64,000 bases of DNA from Candidatus Latescibacterota bacterium (lineage in GTDB: Bacteria; Latescibacterota; UBA2968; GCA-2709665), in assembly GCA_965219455.1 (NCBI GenBank), contig OZ244744.1:2432001-2496000 (forward strand). Direction: 5' to 3'. Positions 1-9,651 of this stretch are shown piece by piece. The notes under the pieces were generated by a model. The model worked only from the letters and a program-made list of their open reading frames with translations. It was not told where the DNA came from and ran no database searches. How positions within the stretch are numbered: position 1 is the first letter of the stretch; the number at the start of each line of letters is the position of its first letter. The translations under genes were made by a program, and so were the position numbers.

Positions 1-1995
1 CTCACGGGTATCGCTTACGCCTCGACGCCCACCCTGCTCACCTTCATCTACGCCGGCCATGAAGCCAAAATGCTGGTCATCGGCCTTTTTCCATTGATGG
101 TCTGGGGGTTGTACCGCGGCATGGAAACCGGCCGCCTCATCTACTACCTCGTTGTGGCCTTTGCCATCGGCGCGGGCATCTTCACGGGCCACCTCCAGAT
201 GCTCTATTATGCCCTTTGCGGACTGGGCATCATTTTCGCCGCGAGGCTCGTCCATCTCTACTATAGCGAAAGAGACATCGCAGTCGCCCTCCGCCGAAGC
301 CTCCTCAGCGCAGGGGCGATCTGCTTAGGCCTTGGAATCGGCGCTATGGGCGTGTTCCCCCAATACTGGTACACCCGAACGGAATCCAGGCGGGCGTTAG
401 GTGACGGCGAGGGCAAAGGCCTCGAATACGCGCAAACGTGGTCGCTACACCCCGAGGAAATCGCATCGCTGGTTATCCCGGAATTCGCGCACTTCGACGA
501 TCCGGACCGGAGACAACGAAACTACTGGGGCCGCAATCCCTTTAAGCTCAACTCGGAATATTTCGGCATCGCCGTACTCTTCTTCGCCGCCTTCGCTCTG
601 CGCCGCGTCCGCCGCGACCCCCGAATCCGGATCTTTCTCCTGCTCTTTATCTTCGCCCTCGCATTCGCTCTGGGACCCCATACCTTTCTGCATGGATTCG
701 CTTACCGCTATATTCCCGGAATGAAAGTGCTCCGAGCACCGGGCATGATCGCGTTTCTGTTCGCCTTCCCCGCCTGCGTTCTGGCCGCCATCGGTTTGCA
801 GCGCGTTCTTTACCCGACCGACGTTTCTTCTCGATGGCGGCGCAATCTCGCCATCGGCGGCGGCGCGGCCGTGATCCTCCTGCTGGGCGTTGCCCTGGCG
901 CCCCAGGCCGCCGTAAACGCATGGACCGGCCTTTTCTGGAGCGATATTCCGGATTCAGCCGTCCGGGTCGCGCAGGCGAACGCCCCGAACCTCAGCCGGG
1001 GCGCCATGCTTGCCGCCATGCTCGTGGCGGTCCTGACCTTCCTCACGTGGAAACGCCTGGGCGGCGCTGTATCCCCCGGCGTCTACGGATGCCTTCTGAT
1101 ACCCCTCATGCTCTTCGACACCTGGCGGATCGACCGGCAATTCCTCCGGTATTTCGACACGGGACTACAGCCGCCGCCCGAACGCGTCTACGGCGACGCC
1201 CTGCGTTACTTCAATCAGGACCCGGACCTGTACCGCGTGCTATTCGTATCGCAACACGCGGTGCCCCCGCCGCATATGGGCGCCGGTAAACGGACGATTA
1301 TCGACCGAGTCCGCGTGGACTATCACGAACCCTTTGCCATGCTGCGTTACGACCGGATCACCGAACCCCAACACCTCCGGCACTTCCCCATCCTGAATCT
1401 GCTGAACACCCGTTACGTCGTGACCCGGGAGCCCTTCCCGGGCTCGCCGGCATCCCTGGTCGCCAACGGCCTGCATATCTACAGGAACGACTTCGCGCTT
1501 CCGTGGTTCTACCTGGCGCCGCGTTACCGAATCGAAACCGACGAGGCCCGCATCCTCGAACTGCTGTCGGGGCCCGGGTTCAAGCCCGAAGACACCGTTA
1601 TCCTCGAGACCGAGCCGGACGGTTTTTCGGCCGACGGTGCGGACACGCGATCACAGGACCACATCGAAACGGTGGCGTACGACGAACGCATGGGACATAT
1701 CGAACTCAACGTAACGGCCGGCGGACCCCGCCTGCTGGTGGTCTCCGAGAATTACCACCCCTTCTGGCACGCCTACGTGGACGGCAAGGAGCGGCCGCTG
1801 TTCAGAGCAAACTACACCTGGAAGGCGGTTGCCGTGCCCGCGGGCGAACACCGGGTCGAACTCCGCTTCCACGATCCCATCGCCACGGCATGCCGCTGGA
1901 TCACCCTCCTTTCCACCCTCTTCACCATCGCCTTCGCCGCCGGCTGGTACTGGCGGCAACGTTCCCGGAACCCGGCCACCGCCACTGCGGAGTAA
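1..1995 (+). CDS. YfhO-family multi-pass membrane protein (GT-C-like glycosyltransferase), 5'-truncated by window edge
   Basis: Frame is open from base 1 (LTGIAYAST...). Many TM segments; YfhO-like motifs GHLQMLYY, EYFG, LRAPG and C-terminal VSENYHPFWHAYVDG...AVAVPAGEHRVEL. Confidence 0.8.
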   Translation, partial: LTGIAYASTPTLLTFIYAGHEAKMLVIGLFPLMVWGLYRGMETGRLIYYLVVAFAIGAGIFTGHLQMLYYALCGLGIIFAARLVHLYYSERDIAVALRRSLLSAGAICLGLGIGAMGVFPQYWYTRTESRRALGDGEGKGLEYAQTWSLHPEEIASLVIPEFAHFDDPDRRQRNYWGRNPFKLNSEYFGIAVLFFAAFALRRVRRDPRIRIFLLLFIFALAFALGPHTFLHGFAYRYIPGMKVLRAPGMIAFLFAFPACVLAAIGLQRVLYPTDVSSRWRRNLAIGGGAAVILLLGVALAPQAAVNAWTGLFWSDIPDSAVRVAQANAPNLSRGAMLAAMLVAVLTFLTWKRLGGAVSPGVYGCLLIPLMLFDTWRIDRQFLRYFDTGLQPPPERVYGDALRYFNQDPDLYRVLFVSQHAVPPPHMGAGKRTIIDRVRVDYHEPFAMLRYDRITEPQHLRHFPILNLLNTRYVVTREPFPGSPASLVANGLHIYRNDFALPWFYLAPRYRIETDEARILELLSGPGFKPEDTVILETEPDGFSADGADTRSQDHIETVAYDERMGHIELNVTAGGPRLLVVSENYHPFWHAYVDGKERPLFRANYTWKAVAVPAGEHRVELRFHDPIATACRWITLLSTLFTIAFAAGWYWRQRSRNPATATAE

Positions 1996-1998
1996 TCC

Positions 1999-3438
1999 AT
2001 GGGCGGCAAGTCACCGGTCAGACGGATCGCCGGCAACACCGCGGTCCAGGTATTCGGACGAACCATCGAGTTCGGGATCTTTCTGTTCCTCGTCCATTAT
2101 CTCGACCTGAAGGCGTTCGGCGCGTACTCGTTCATCCTGACCAACCTCATGCTGTGGAGTGTGCTGGCGGACGCAGGCACCTTTAACGTCCTGGTACGAG
2201 AGACCGCGAGCCGCGAGAATGCCGACCGGCTTCTGGGGAATGCCTTATCGATCGGGCTGATCGGTTCCGTGGCCGCCGTTCTGACTTCAAACGCATATCT
2301 CTATTTTACAGGCCAGGGCGTGGAAATCCTCATGCCCGCGTTCATCGCCTCGCTCACTTTGTTCGTATCGCCGCGGCTGAACGCCTTCCGCAGGATGTTC
2401 CAGGTGCGGTTTCAGGCCGAACTCAAAATGGGATACGTGGTGGCGTGGAACACCGCCTCCCACCTTCTCATGGCCGGCCTGCTTGTCGTTGTTGTTCTCA
2501 ACAACGGCTTTCTTACCGCCATCTTCTGCGCGCTGATCGCCGCTGAGATCCTCTCATTTGCCGGTCTGTGCGTTACGCACCGGCGTCTATTCAAACTTCC
2601 CCGGTTCCGGTTCGATCCACAAGTCGTCAAAACTCTGCTGCGGCAGAGCATCCCGCTGATGCTGGCCTCGATCTGCGCCACCGTCCACGACAAAATCGGC
2701 ATCATGATGCTCGAGTCCTTCAAGGACAAGGAGGCCGTGGGGCTCTACAACATGGCGGCGCGAATTCCGGACAGCCTGCCCTTTATCGCCTCGATATTCA
2801 TCGCCTCCGTCTTCCCCGTGATGGTGAGGCATCGGGAGACCGATCCCGTTGCGTTCGACAGAATCTACCGCCGCAGCGCGCGGTATCTGCTGCTTTTTAT
2901 CGTCCCCGTCGCCGGCTTTTGCACCCTCACCTCCCCTGACATCCTGAACCTGCTCTTTCCCGGCCGGATTCCGGAAGCCATGTTCGGCCACGCCAGCGGA
3001 ACGCTCGTCCTGCTTGTCTGGGCAATGGTTTTCAAATACGTGGGCACGGCCTTCAGTTTCCTGATCATAGCCGTCGGCCAGGAAAAACGCCGGCTCATCT
3101 GCCTCGGCGCGGCCGCGCTGCTTGGCATTCTTCTGAACATCATCCTCATCCCCGCCCACCACATCCTCGGATCGGCTACGGCCGTCCTGATCGGGTCCAT
3201 CGCGTATCCGGTTGCGGGGCTCTTCTTCCCGCCATTGCGAAAATATGCGGTTACGCTGGGCGCCGCCGCCGCCAAACCGCTGCTGGCAACCCTGCTGACG
3301 GCACTTTGCGTCGTTGCCATCAGGGAACACTTCTTCGTCGCCGGCGTGGTGGGCTTAGTCGTCTACGGCGCGCTGATCTTCCTGTTAAAGGGCGTCACCC
3401 GGGACGACCTCGCCCTGCTGAAGGAGCTGCGTAAATAG
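1999..3438 (+). CDS. Wzx/MOP-family polysaccharide flippase
   Basis: 479 aa, about 12-14 TM; motifs FGAYSF, ADAG, AVGLYNMAAR, LNIILIP; starts 3 bp after the upstream stop. Confidence 0.85.
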   Translation: MGGKSPVRRIAGNTAVQVFGRTIEFGIFLFLVHYLDLKAFGAYSFILTNLMLWSVLADAGTFNVLVRETASRENADRLLGNALSIGLIGSVAAVLTSNAYLYFTGQGVEILMPAFIASLTLFVSPRLNAFRRMFQVRFQAELKMGYVVAWNTASHLLMAGLLVVVVLNNGFLTAIFCALIAAEILSFAGLCVTHRRLFKLPRFRFDPQVVKTLLRQSIPLMLASICATVHDKIGIMMLESFKDKEAVGLYNMAARIPDSLPFIASIFIASVFPVMVRHRETDPVAFDRIYRRSARYLLLFIVPVAGFCTLTSPDILNLLFPGRIPEAMFGHASGTLVLLVWAMVFKYVGTAFSFLIIAVGQEKRRLICLGAAALLGILLNIILIPAHHILGSATAVLIGSIAYPVAGLFFPPLRKYAVTLGAAAAKPLLATLLTALCVVAIREHFFVAGVVGLVVYGALIFLLKGVTRDDLALLKELRK

Positions 3439-3600
3439 CGGTCAGCTATCAGCCGTTAGCCGTCAGCTTGATTCAAAAACCCAATGCGTTGACGTCAGCG
3501 TTATTGTGTGGACCGCCGCGACGGGCGCAGACCTCTCCCCCCAAGCCCAAGTCCCTCACCCCCCAACCCCCTCTCCCACAGGGAGAGGGGGAAAAACCGG
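3439..3600 (+). repeat. Composite intergenic repeat: heptamer tandem (TCAGCTA/TCAGCCG/TTAGCCG), TGACG..ATTGTGTGG..GGGCGCAGACCTCTCCCC module, CCCCTCTCCC/GGGAGAGGGG hairpin
   Basis: Colinear second copy at about 32441-32580; hairpin module also near 3767, 5415, 38011 and 49478. Confidence 0.75.
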
Positions 3601-3675
3601 GAAAACCGGCCCCACACGGAGACACGAAGACACAAGAAGACACAAAGGGAAAGGCGGAGAGAGGGGGAGGGTTAG

Positions 3676-3760
3676 CGATATGGGCCTGGCGATGCCAATC
3701 AGAGATGTGCACGCCACAACGTGGGCGACCGGCCGGTCGCCCCTACAAATGCAACGACGC
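3676..3760 (+). repeat. REP-linked ~85-bp element (CGAT-N42-GGGC palindrome-CCCTAC)
   Basis: GGGCGACCGGCCGGTCGCCC palindrome followed by CTAC (GTAG-type REP on the other strand); colinear copies at 5289, 5509, 33917, 41953(-), 52720, 53764. Confidence 0.8.
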
Positions 3761-3869
3761 CGCGGGACCTCTCCCCCGGCCCCCTCTCCTGCAGGAGAGG
3801 GGGAGAAGGCGACATGGCCTGGCGATGTCAATCGGCCAATTCCGCGGCTTCATAGATCATCCTGTCGCC

Positions 3870-4145
3870 CGCACGGTGGTGGAGCGGGGGGTTTTGCCGC
3901 GTAATTCCGTCCAGCACCGCAGTACTGGTACACCTGAAGGGTTTGCAGGGCACCCAATTTCCGTTCCTGCCCCTGAGGCAATTCGCGGAAAAACCGGCTC
4001 CGCCTGCCTGTGCGTGTCCGCACGCAGACAGGTGCCAAACGGCGCCGTTCTTTTTGGTCCTTTTTCGCGAGAAAGAAAAAGGACGAAGAGAAAAAAAAGT
4101 GAAGGGAGCGGAAGAGCCTGTGTCCGCCCGGAACGCAGTTCCAAA
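3870..4145 (+). repeat. MITE-like element, family F1 copy 1
   Basis: Aligns with 41407-41682 (reverse complement) and 52881-53095; terminal TTTTTGGTCCTTTTTC..GAAAAAGGAC hairpin. Confidence 0.75.
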
Positions 4146-4314
4146 AAAACGAAAGAGGTAAGAAGGGAGAAGTGAGAGGACCACACCCCACCACACTGGA
4201 AATACGGCACAACGAGGGCTGGAAGCCGTCGGTCCCGGGGACCTCTACCACCATCCCCGCGGCGTCCGAGCAGGGCCAAGTGCACGCAACGGCCGATGAG
4301 TTCCTTTGCGCCGG

Positions 4315-5097
4315 TCAGTCGTTTCCGGCGTCGATCTCCGCATCGGGCTTCCGCAGCAGCGCCCCCTTTCCGCCGGCGCGAACGAACGGGAGACCGTGCC
4401 GGTCGATGAACTCGCGGCAGGCCTGCAAAGCGCCGTCGAACCAGGCGGGCTCAACGCAGTCGTCCAGAACGACGCCTCCGCCGGGAACGATCAGGGGCCA
4501 GAGGGCTTCCAACGTCGCCGCCGTGGGCAGGTAGAGGTCTACGTCGAGGAAGACCGCGCCAATAGGGCCAATTTCTTTCCAGTCCACCTCCGAGCAGTCG
4601 CCCTCGATGATGCGGTAGTTGGTATAGCCGAGACGAGCAAGGCTGTGATTGAAGACCCTGGCGCTGCCATAGGAGTAGTCAGAGATCTCGGCGGCGCGCT
4701 TCCGCCGGTTCGTCACCTCGTAGTCAATGCTCTCCGGGGTGAAGCCGTTGAAGGTATCAACGAACACCAGAGTGCGCGGATCGCCGGTGGTCCTCAGGTG
4801 CTCCAGAAGAAAAACTGACGTGTCTCCCCGCGCGACGCCGATCTCCACGATGGCTCCACCGGTTCCGCGGGTGGCGTCGATCAGCCCGACCATGGCGGAT
4901 AGTTCGCCCGGATCGACCCAATAGCGGTATTCGGGGAGCATCACGTTGCGGAGCACCGGCAACCGGTAGACGATGCGCTTGATCAAGGTCATGACCCTGC
5001 GGGCCCGACGGTTCAGGAAGTAAACCAACGACCTCGATGCACCGACACCGGTGAACCGTGGTATGCGTGGCGAAGACGGGGTTGGGGACGACGGCAT
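4315..5097 (-). CDS. TylF/MycF-family (macrocin-type) O-methyltransferase
   Basis: Motifs VEIGVARG, FVDTFNGF, VFLDVDLYLPT..L..LWPLIVPGG.VVLDD; true start may be downstream at MTLIK. Confidence 0.8.
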   Translation of the reverse strand: MPSSPTPSSPRIPRFTGVGASRSLVYFLNRRARRVMTLIKRIVYRLPVLRNVMLPEYRYWVDPGELSAMVGLIDATRGTGGAIVEIGVARGDTSVFLLEHLRTTGDPRTLVFVDTFNGFTPESIDYEVTNRRKRAAEISDYSYGSARVFNHSLARLGYTNYRIIEGDCSEVDWKEIGPIGAVFLDVDLYLPTAATLEALWPLIVPGGGVVLDDCVEPAWFDGALQACREFIDRHGLPFVRAGGKGALLRKPDAEIDAGND

Positions 5098-5141
5098 GGG
5101 TATAATCCTTAATTCAGATGGAAGATTTCAAACGATTTCTG

Positions 5142-5170
5142 AATTTAAACCACCTTCCGCGTTGTGTCAA
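5142..5170 (-). promoter_or_regulatory. Putative sigma70 promoter of the TylF-like gene
   Basis: Minus strand reads TTGACA-17 bp-TAAATT. Confidence 0.5.
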
Positions 5171-5251
5171 CGGTTTCAGTCCGCTGCCAGCGCAAGCCTA
5201 TATCTGTAAAGGTGTCGCTTTCGTAATCAGCGTGGCTTCCTCTGAGCGAGG

Positions 5252-5600
5252 AGCGATCAGCCATCAGCAGTCAACTGAAACCGGTTAGCGATATGGCTTG
5301 GTGGGGTCAATCTGCCAATGCCTGGATTTTGCAGGGGCGGTTCGCGAACCGCCCCTGCGTTTTGTTGGATGCTGATCGGATTTGGTTTATCATATCCATG
5401 ACGTGACGTGGGGGAACCTCTCCCCCCGGCCCCCTCTCCTGCGAGGAGAGGGGGAGAAGGCGAAAAAACGGGGAGACGGGAGAGGGACACCGCGCGCCCA
5501 ACGGATATCGATACCGCAAGGCGAAGTCGACCGGCTAGTTGCGCGACGCGAAGAGGGCAACCCAGTGGGTTGCCCCTACAAATGCGACGACGGCGTTCCA
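5252..5600 (+). repeat. Composite repeat: heptamer tandem, two REP-linked elements (5289, 5509), CCCCTCTCC/GGAGAGGGG hairpin
   Basis: GGGGCGGTTCGCGAACCGCCCC near 5334 and GGGCAACCCAGTGGGTTGCCCCTAC at 5555. Confidence 0.75.
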
Positions 5601-5713
5601 CCGCATTGGATTGTCCCTGTCGCATTTTGCGCCAGCCTCAACAAGGTGGTGTCGAGGGGGCATGGCTCAAACCAGGGTATCAATTGCTATCATCCAAAAT
5701 TGGGAGACGCGGT

Positions 5714-6442
5714 ATGGTATCCAATAAATTGGTTCCGGATTATGTAGAAGACGCCGCAGAGGTGTTCAATCGCGACGGTTTCCTGATCGCGAAGGGCCTT
5801 TATGCTCCGGAACAGATGCTGGACTGGAAGACGCGTATTGTCGGCATCCTGGAGGCGGGCGGTCATATCAGCACGGACCCGGCGTCTACCGGCGTCCACG
5901 TATTCATGCCGGAGACGCTGAACCCCTTCTTCCGGGACCGGATGAAAGACGACTGCGTGGCTTCCATCCTGAACCGGATTATCGGCCCGAACGTGGAGTT
6001 TCTGAGCGTTAAGTCGGTTTACAAGAACAAATTCACTCGGTTCAGTTCGCCCTGGCACCAGGACTGGTACTACTGGAAAGGCGCCAACAAGATTTCGGTG
6101 TGGATCGCCCTGGACGACGCCACGCCGGAAAACGGCTGCCTGAAGATGATCTCAGGCAGCCATTTCAAGCGGTTCAAGGTGAAACAGGTCAAGGCACAAA
6201 ACGGATTCGGGTGGCGTATCGGAAATGAAGAGATCGTCGGACTTCCTGAGACCACGCTTGCGGTTAGCCGTGGCGACGCTGTTTTCTTTCACGATCAGAC
6301 CCTGCACAGTTCCTATCCGAATACCACGGGCGCTGACCGCTGGAGCTTTATTTCCACCTATCGCGATGCATCCGTGCAGGACGAATCGACCGTGTGGAAG
6401 CATCCGATGGTTGTCTCGGGCGAAAGTGTAAACGACGGTTGA
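5714..6442 (+). CDS. Phytanoyl-CoA dioxygenase (PhyH)-family Fe(II)/2OG dioxygenase
   Basis: PWHQD, VWIALDDATPENGCL, GDAVFFH...HSS; ATG at 5714 has a GGAG RBS. The ORF-track start lies inside repeats. Confidence 0.9.
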   Translation: MVSNKLVPDYVEDAAEVFNRDGFLIAKGLYAPEQMLDWKTRIVGILEAGGHISTDPASTGVHVFMPETLNPFFRDRMKDDCVASILNRIIGPNVEFLSVKSVYKNKFTRFSSPWHQDWYYWKGANKISVWIALDDATPENGCLKMISGSHFKRFKVKQVKAQNGFGWRIGNEEIVGLPETTLAVSRGDAVFFHDQTLHSSYPNTTGADRWSFISTYRDASVQDESTVWKHPMVVSGESVNDG

Positions 6443-6479
6443 CAGGCCGGCGAACGTGCCGCAAACTGCCAGTTTGCGG

Positions 6480-6800
6480 CACAGACAGGAATGTCTGCCC
6501 CACCCTCACATCGGCTTCTTGCACGTTGTAGGCGCAAGTGAGACGGGAACATTGCGCGAGTGGTGATTAGCTCAACTGTCATTCTCAGGGAACCTGAAGT
6601 GTGCGGACGTGCCGCCTGCCAGGTATCGACACGTACAAGCCGCGCTGTGATGATTCGATGCCGCAGTAGATCCTTCGTCGGCCTGGCGGCCTCCTCTGGA
6701 TGACAGGTTTGGCGATCGGGGGAAAGCGACGTGGGCAGACAGGAATGTCTGCCCCACCTTCAAACCGGCTTCCGCCACGCCCCTTCAAGGGGGGAGTGAT
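6480..6800. repeat. Two CAGACAGGAATGTCTGCCCCAC REP-like hairpins flanking a 131-bp element with CTGTCATTC/GGATGACAG inverted ends (6576-6706)
   Basis: Direct repeats at about 6482 and 6736; 9-bp imperfect terminal inverted repeat. Confidence 0.6.
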
Positions 6801-6941
6801 GCCGATATGCTGGCGATTGTCCCATCAAGTTGATATCCGGAAGTACGCGTGCGACAGATAAGTCGTTGACAAGAAAGCATGCGTCGGGGTATTTTCTGAC
6901 GACGGAACATGCAAACGGGACGCGTAGGCGTCGGAGCAGCT

Positions 6942-9650
6942 ATGCCAGAAACAAAACATGACCTGAAATTGAATTCGCAATGGCGCAGGACGGTGGTGGT
7001 GGAAGGCCGGTACGCGCGGCGGTGGCATCAGACGCAAGCAGCCATTGAAGGCGAACAGGGACTGCTGGTTGTATCAATGGAGGAGTTGGCCGCACGGCTT
7101 GCCGGAGGATTCCTCCGATCCATCCGTACCGATATTCTCAAGGCACGGTTGGAGGACGCTGCCGCCGCCGGATCACTCGAGGAACTGGATACAATCAAGC
7201 GCCTTCCCGGGTTTCGACGAGCAGCCGCGGCCACCCTGTCAAAGGCCTGGCGGGCGGGCCTGGTGATGGACCGGAACGATTCAACCCGCACCGGGTCCCT
7301 GGCGACCCTGGAACGGGAGGTGCGTTCCAGACTGCCGAAAAATCAACTCACGCAGGTTGAGCTGGCGAAGGCCGCGCTCAAGCGATTACACTTTGCCCCC
7401 GCCCTCTTTGGCCGCATAGAGATTCACGGCCGTACCGAGTTATCGCCGGTGTGGCGAAATCTGTTGTTGCGGCTCGCGAGAGAAACGGACGTGGCCTGGG
7501 TGGCCGGAGCCAGGCCGTTTCCGGACTGGATATCCGGATCGGACATCTCGATAGAAAAGACGACGCCCTCGAAACCCGAGATCCGCGCGGTGTCGTGCGC
7601 CACTCCCCGTCACGAAATACTGGAAGCCCTCCGTTGGGCGCGGCAACATCTGACGAAAGGAATACCCGCCCAACAGATCGCGATCGCGGCGGCATCACCT
7701 TCGGCGTGGGACGACCCTATGCTGGCCCTGGCGGGCGCCGCGAAGCTGTCGGTCCACTTCATTCACGGCAGGCCGGCCCTCGCGACCCGGGACGGGCAGC
7801 TCGCCGCGGCGCTTGCCGAAGTCCTCCTGCGCGGACTGTCCCGCTCTCGCATGGTCCGCTTCGTGAGTCTGCTTCGGTCTTGTGTCGGGCCTTTCCAATC
7901 TTTGCCGGAAGACTGGTGGGAAATCCTGCCGGACGACGCCCCGCTGCTCACCGCGGACCGATGGGACCAACTCCTGAACGAATTGACGCCGGAGGTCTTT
8001 TCCGACGGCAAAGATCACCGACCGCTGCTGCAGTATATCGTCAAGGCACTCCGCCTGGGCCTGGCCGAGGCGGAAGAAATAGGCGAGGCGCTCTTCAAAG
8101 ATTCCGAGGCGCTGGGGATCTGGAAAAGGGCCCTGTTGGAGGGGCCGCCTGCCGCTCTGGACGTGAGCCTTGCCATGCTCCGCATACAGGACGAGATAGA
8201 ACCGGGCGCTGCCGTCGTCTGGGGGCCGGCGTCGGCCATCGCGGCGTTTCCCCGGCCTTTCTGCCGGCTGGTCGGCCTCACCTCGCGCTCCTGGCCCCGG
8301 CGCGCCGGCGAGGACCCGCTGCTTCCCACTCACGTCATGCCGCAGGAGCGCCTGGATCCCCTGCCCATTCACGAATCGGATCGCCGTGATTTCGGAACGA
8401 TCTGCAGGATGGCGGACCACGAGGTCGTCTGTTCACGGGCGCGGAAGGACAGCGAGGGACGACTGAACGGCGTCTCGCCCCTCTTTCCGCAAGAAAAAGA
8501 AGAAGGATTCCTTGCCCAGAGCCGGGCGCCGGAGCATGCCGCAAGCCAGGGCGACCGGTTGGCGGCCAGACCCCGCGAATTCACCATGCTTCCATTGGCC
8601 CGGTCCGCCACCCGGACCTGGATTGACTGGCGAAGCGAGAAGCTGACGGCCCACGACGGTCTGATCAGGCAGGGCCATCCTATGCTGCTTCGGGCTCTGG
8701 AACGCACGCAATCCGCCAGTTCGCTGGTCAGACTGCTTCGAGATCCGCTGGGCTATCTGTGGACATACGGTTTCGGCTGGAAGGCGCCCGAGGAAACGGA
8801 AGAGCCGCTGACACTCGACGCACTCGCGTTCGGGGGGCTTCTGCACGAAATCCTCCAGCAGGCCGTAACCCGAATGGAGAACGCCGAAACGGGCGGATTC
8901 GCCGGCGCTTCCCGCGGCGACATCGAACGCGCGGCGTCATTGGCGGCAACCGAGGTTGCGGAACGATGGGCGTCCGGGCGGCCGGTACCGCCGCCCGTCA
9001 TCTGGGATCGGAAATGTGAAGAAGCGAGGTTGCTGGCAGTGGCCGCGCTGACCCGTGAGGAATCCGCTCTCCCGGGGCAGCGCACCTGGGCGGAAGTCCC
9101 GTTCGGAAACGTCTGGCGCGCCGAAACGCTCAGCCCGGAAACCCGCGCCGGGCTACCATGGGACCCCGCGGCGCCGGTCCACGTTGACGGCACGCAGATT
9201 CGAATCGGCGGTTACATCGACCGGCTGGACCTTGCGGTCGACCGGCGCCAGGCCCGCGTTACAGATTACAAATCGGGCAGGGTACCTGGCAAATCGCCTC
9301 AGATCCACGGAGGCGCGGAATTGCAGCGGTGCCTCTATAGCTTCGCCGTCAGGTCGCTCATCCCGACGCGGCCCGAGGTCGAGGCGCGCCTGGTCTATCC
9401 GCGCGGCGAGGATCAGTCCCTGGTCCTGGACGACACCGAGGAAACACTCGCAGACCTGGCGCAATATCTCGAAGCGGCCAGGACCCTCTTCGTGGGCGGC
9501 AAGGCGTTAAGCGGTCCTGACGCGGAGGAGAGGTGGTACGATCTTTCCCTGGCGCTTCCCGCGGGCGCGAAGAACGGCTATCTGAGAGCCAAGGGACCCC
9601 TGGTTAGAAGGGCACTCGCCCCGCTTCCGATCCTGTGGGAGACCCCCTGA
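6942..9650 (+). CDS. AddB-like PD-(D/E)XK nuclease family protein
   Basis: C-terminal SASSL...LRDP, FGGLLHEIL, AEVPFG, GYIDRLD, VTDYKSG, ELQRCLY; degenerate helicase-like N-terminus; ATG 6942 with GGAG; TTGACA-18-TATTTT at 6866. Confidence 0.8.
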   Translation: MPETKHDLKLNSQWRRTVVVEGRYARRWHQTQAAIEGEQGLLVVSMEELAARLAGGFLRSIRTDILKARLEDAAAAGSLEELDTIKRLPGFRRAAAATLSKAWRAGLVMDRNDSTRTGSLATLEREVRSRLPKNQLTQVELAKAALKRLHFAPALFGRIEIHGRTELSPVWRNLLLRLARETDVAWVAGARPFPDWISGSDISIEKTTPSKPEIRAVSCATPRHEILEALRWARQHLTKGIPAQQIAIAAASPSAWDDPMLALAGAAKLSVHFIHGRPALATRDGQLAAALAEVLLRGLSRSRMVRFVSLLRSCVGPFQSLPEDWWEILPDDAPLLTADRWDQLLNELTPEVFSDGKDHRPLLQYIVKALRLGLAEAEEIGEALFKDSEALGIWKRALLEGPPAALDVSLAMLRIQDEIEPGAAVVWGPASAIAAFPRPFCRLVGLTSRSWPRRAGEDPLLPTHVMPQERLDPLPIHESDRRDFGTICRMADHEVVCSRARKDSEGRLNGVSPLFPQEKEEGFLAQSRAPEHAASQGDRLAARPREFTMLPLARSATRTWIDWRSEKLTAHDGLIRQGHPMLLRALERTQSASSLVRLLRDPLGYLWTYGFGWKAPEETEEPLTLDALAFGGLLHEILQQAVTRMENAETGGFAGASRGDIERAASLAATEVAERWASGRPVPPPVIWDRKCEEARLLAVAALTREESALPGQRTWAEVPFGNVWRAETLSPETRAGLPWDPAAPVHVDGTQIRIGGYIDRLDLAVDRRQARVTDYKSGRVPGKSPQIHGGAELQRCLYSFAVRSLIPTRPEVEARLVYPRGEDQSLVLDDTEETLADLAQYLEAARTLFVGGKALSGPDAEERWYDLSLALPAGAKNGYLRAKGPLVRRALAPLPILWETP

Positions 9651-9651
9651 G

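Noticed and set aside
3468-4285. ORFs 3468-4175, 3506-3904, 3857-4285, and similar ORFs at 33506-34198, 41361-41988, 52781-53437
   Set aside because: They are read-throughs of repeat mosaics; shared peptides such as AIRGK..GAVLFGPFS reflect DNA repeats and frames are not consistently conserved.
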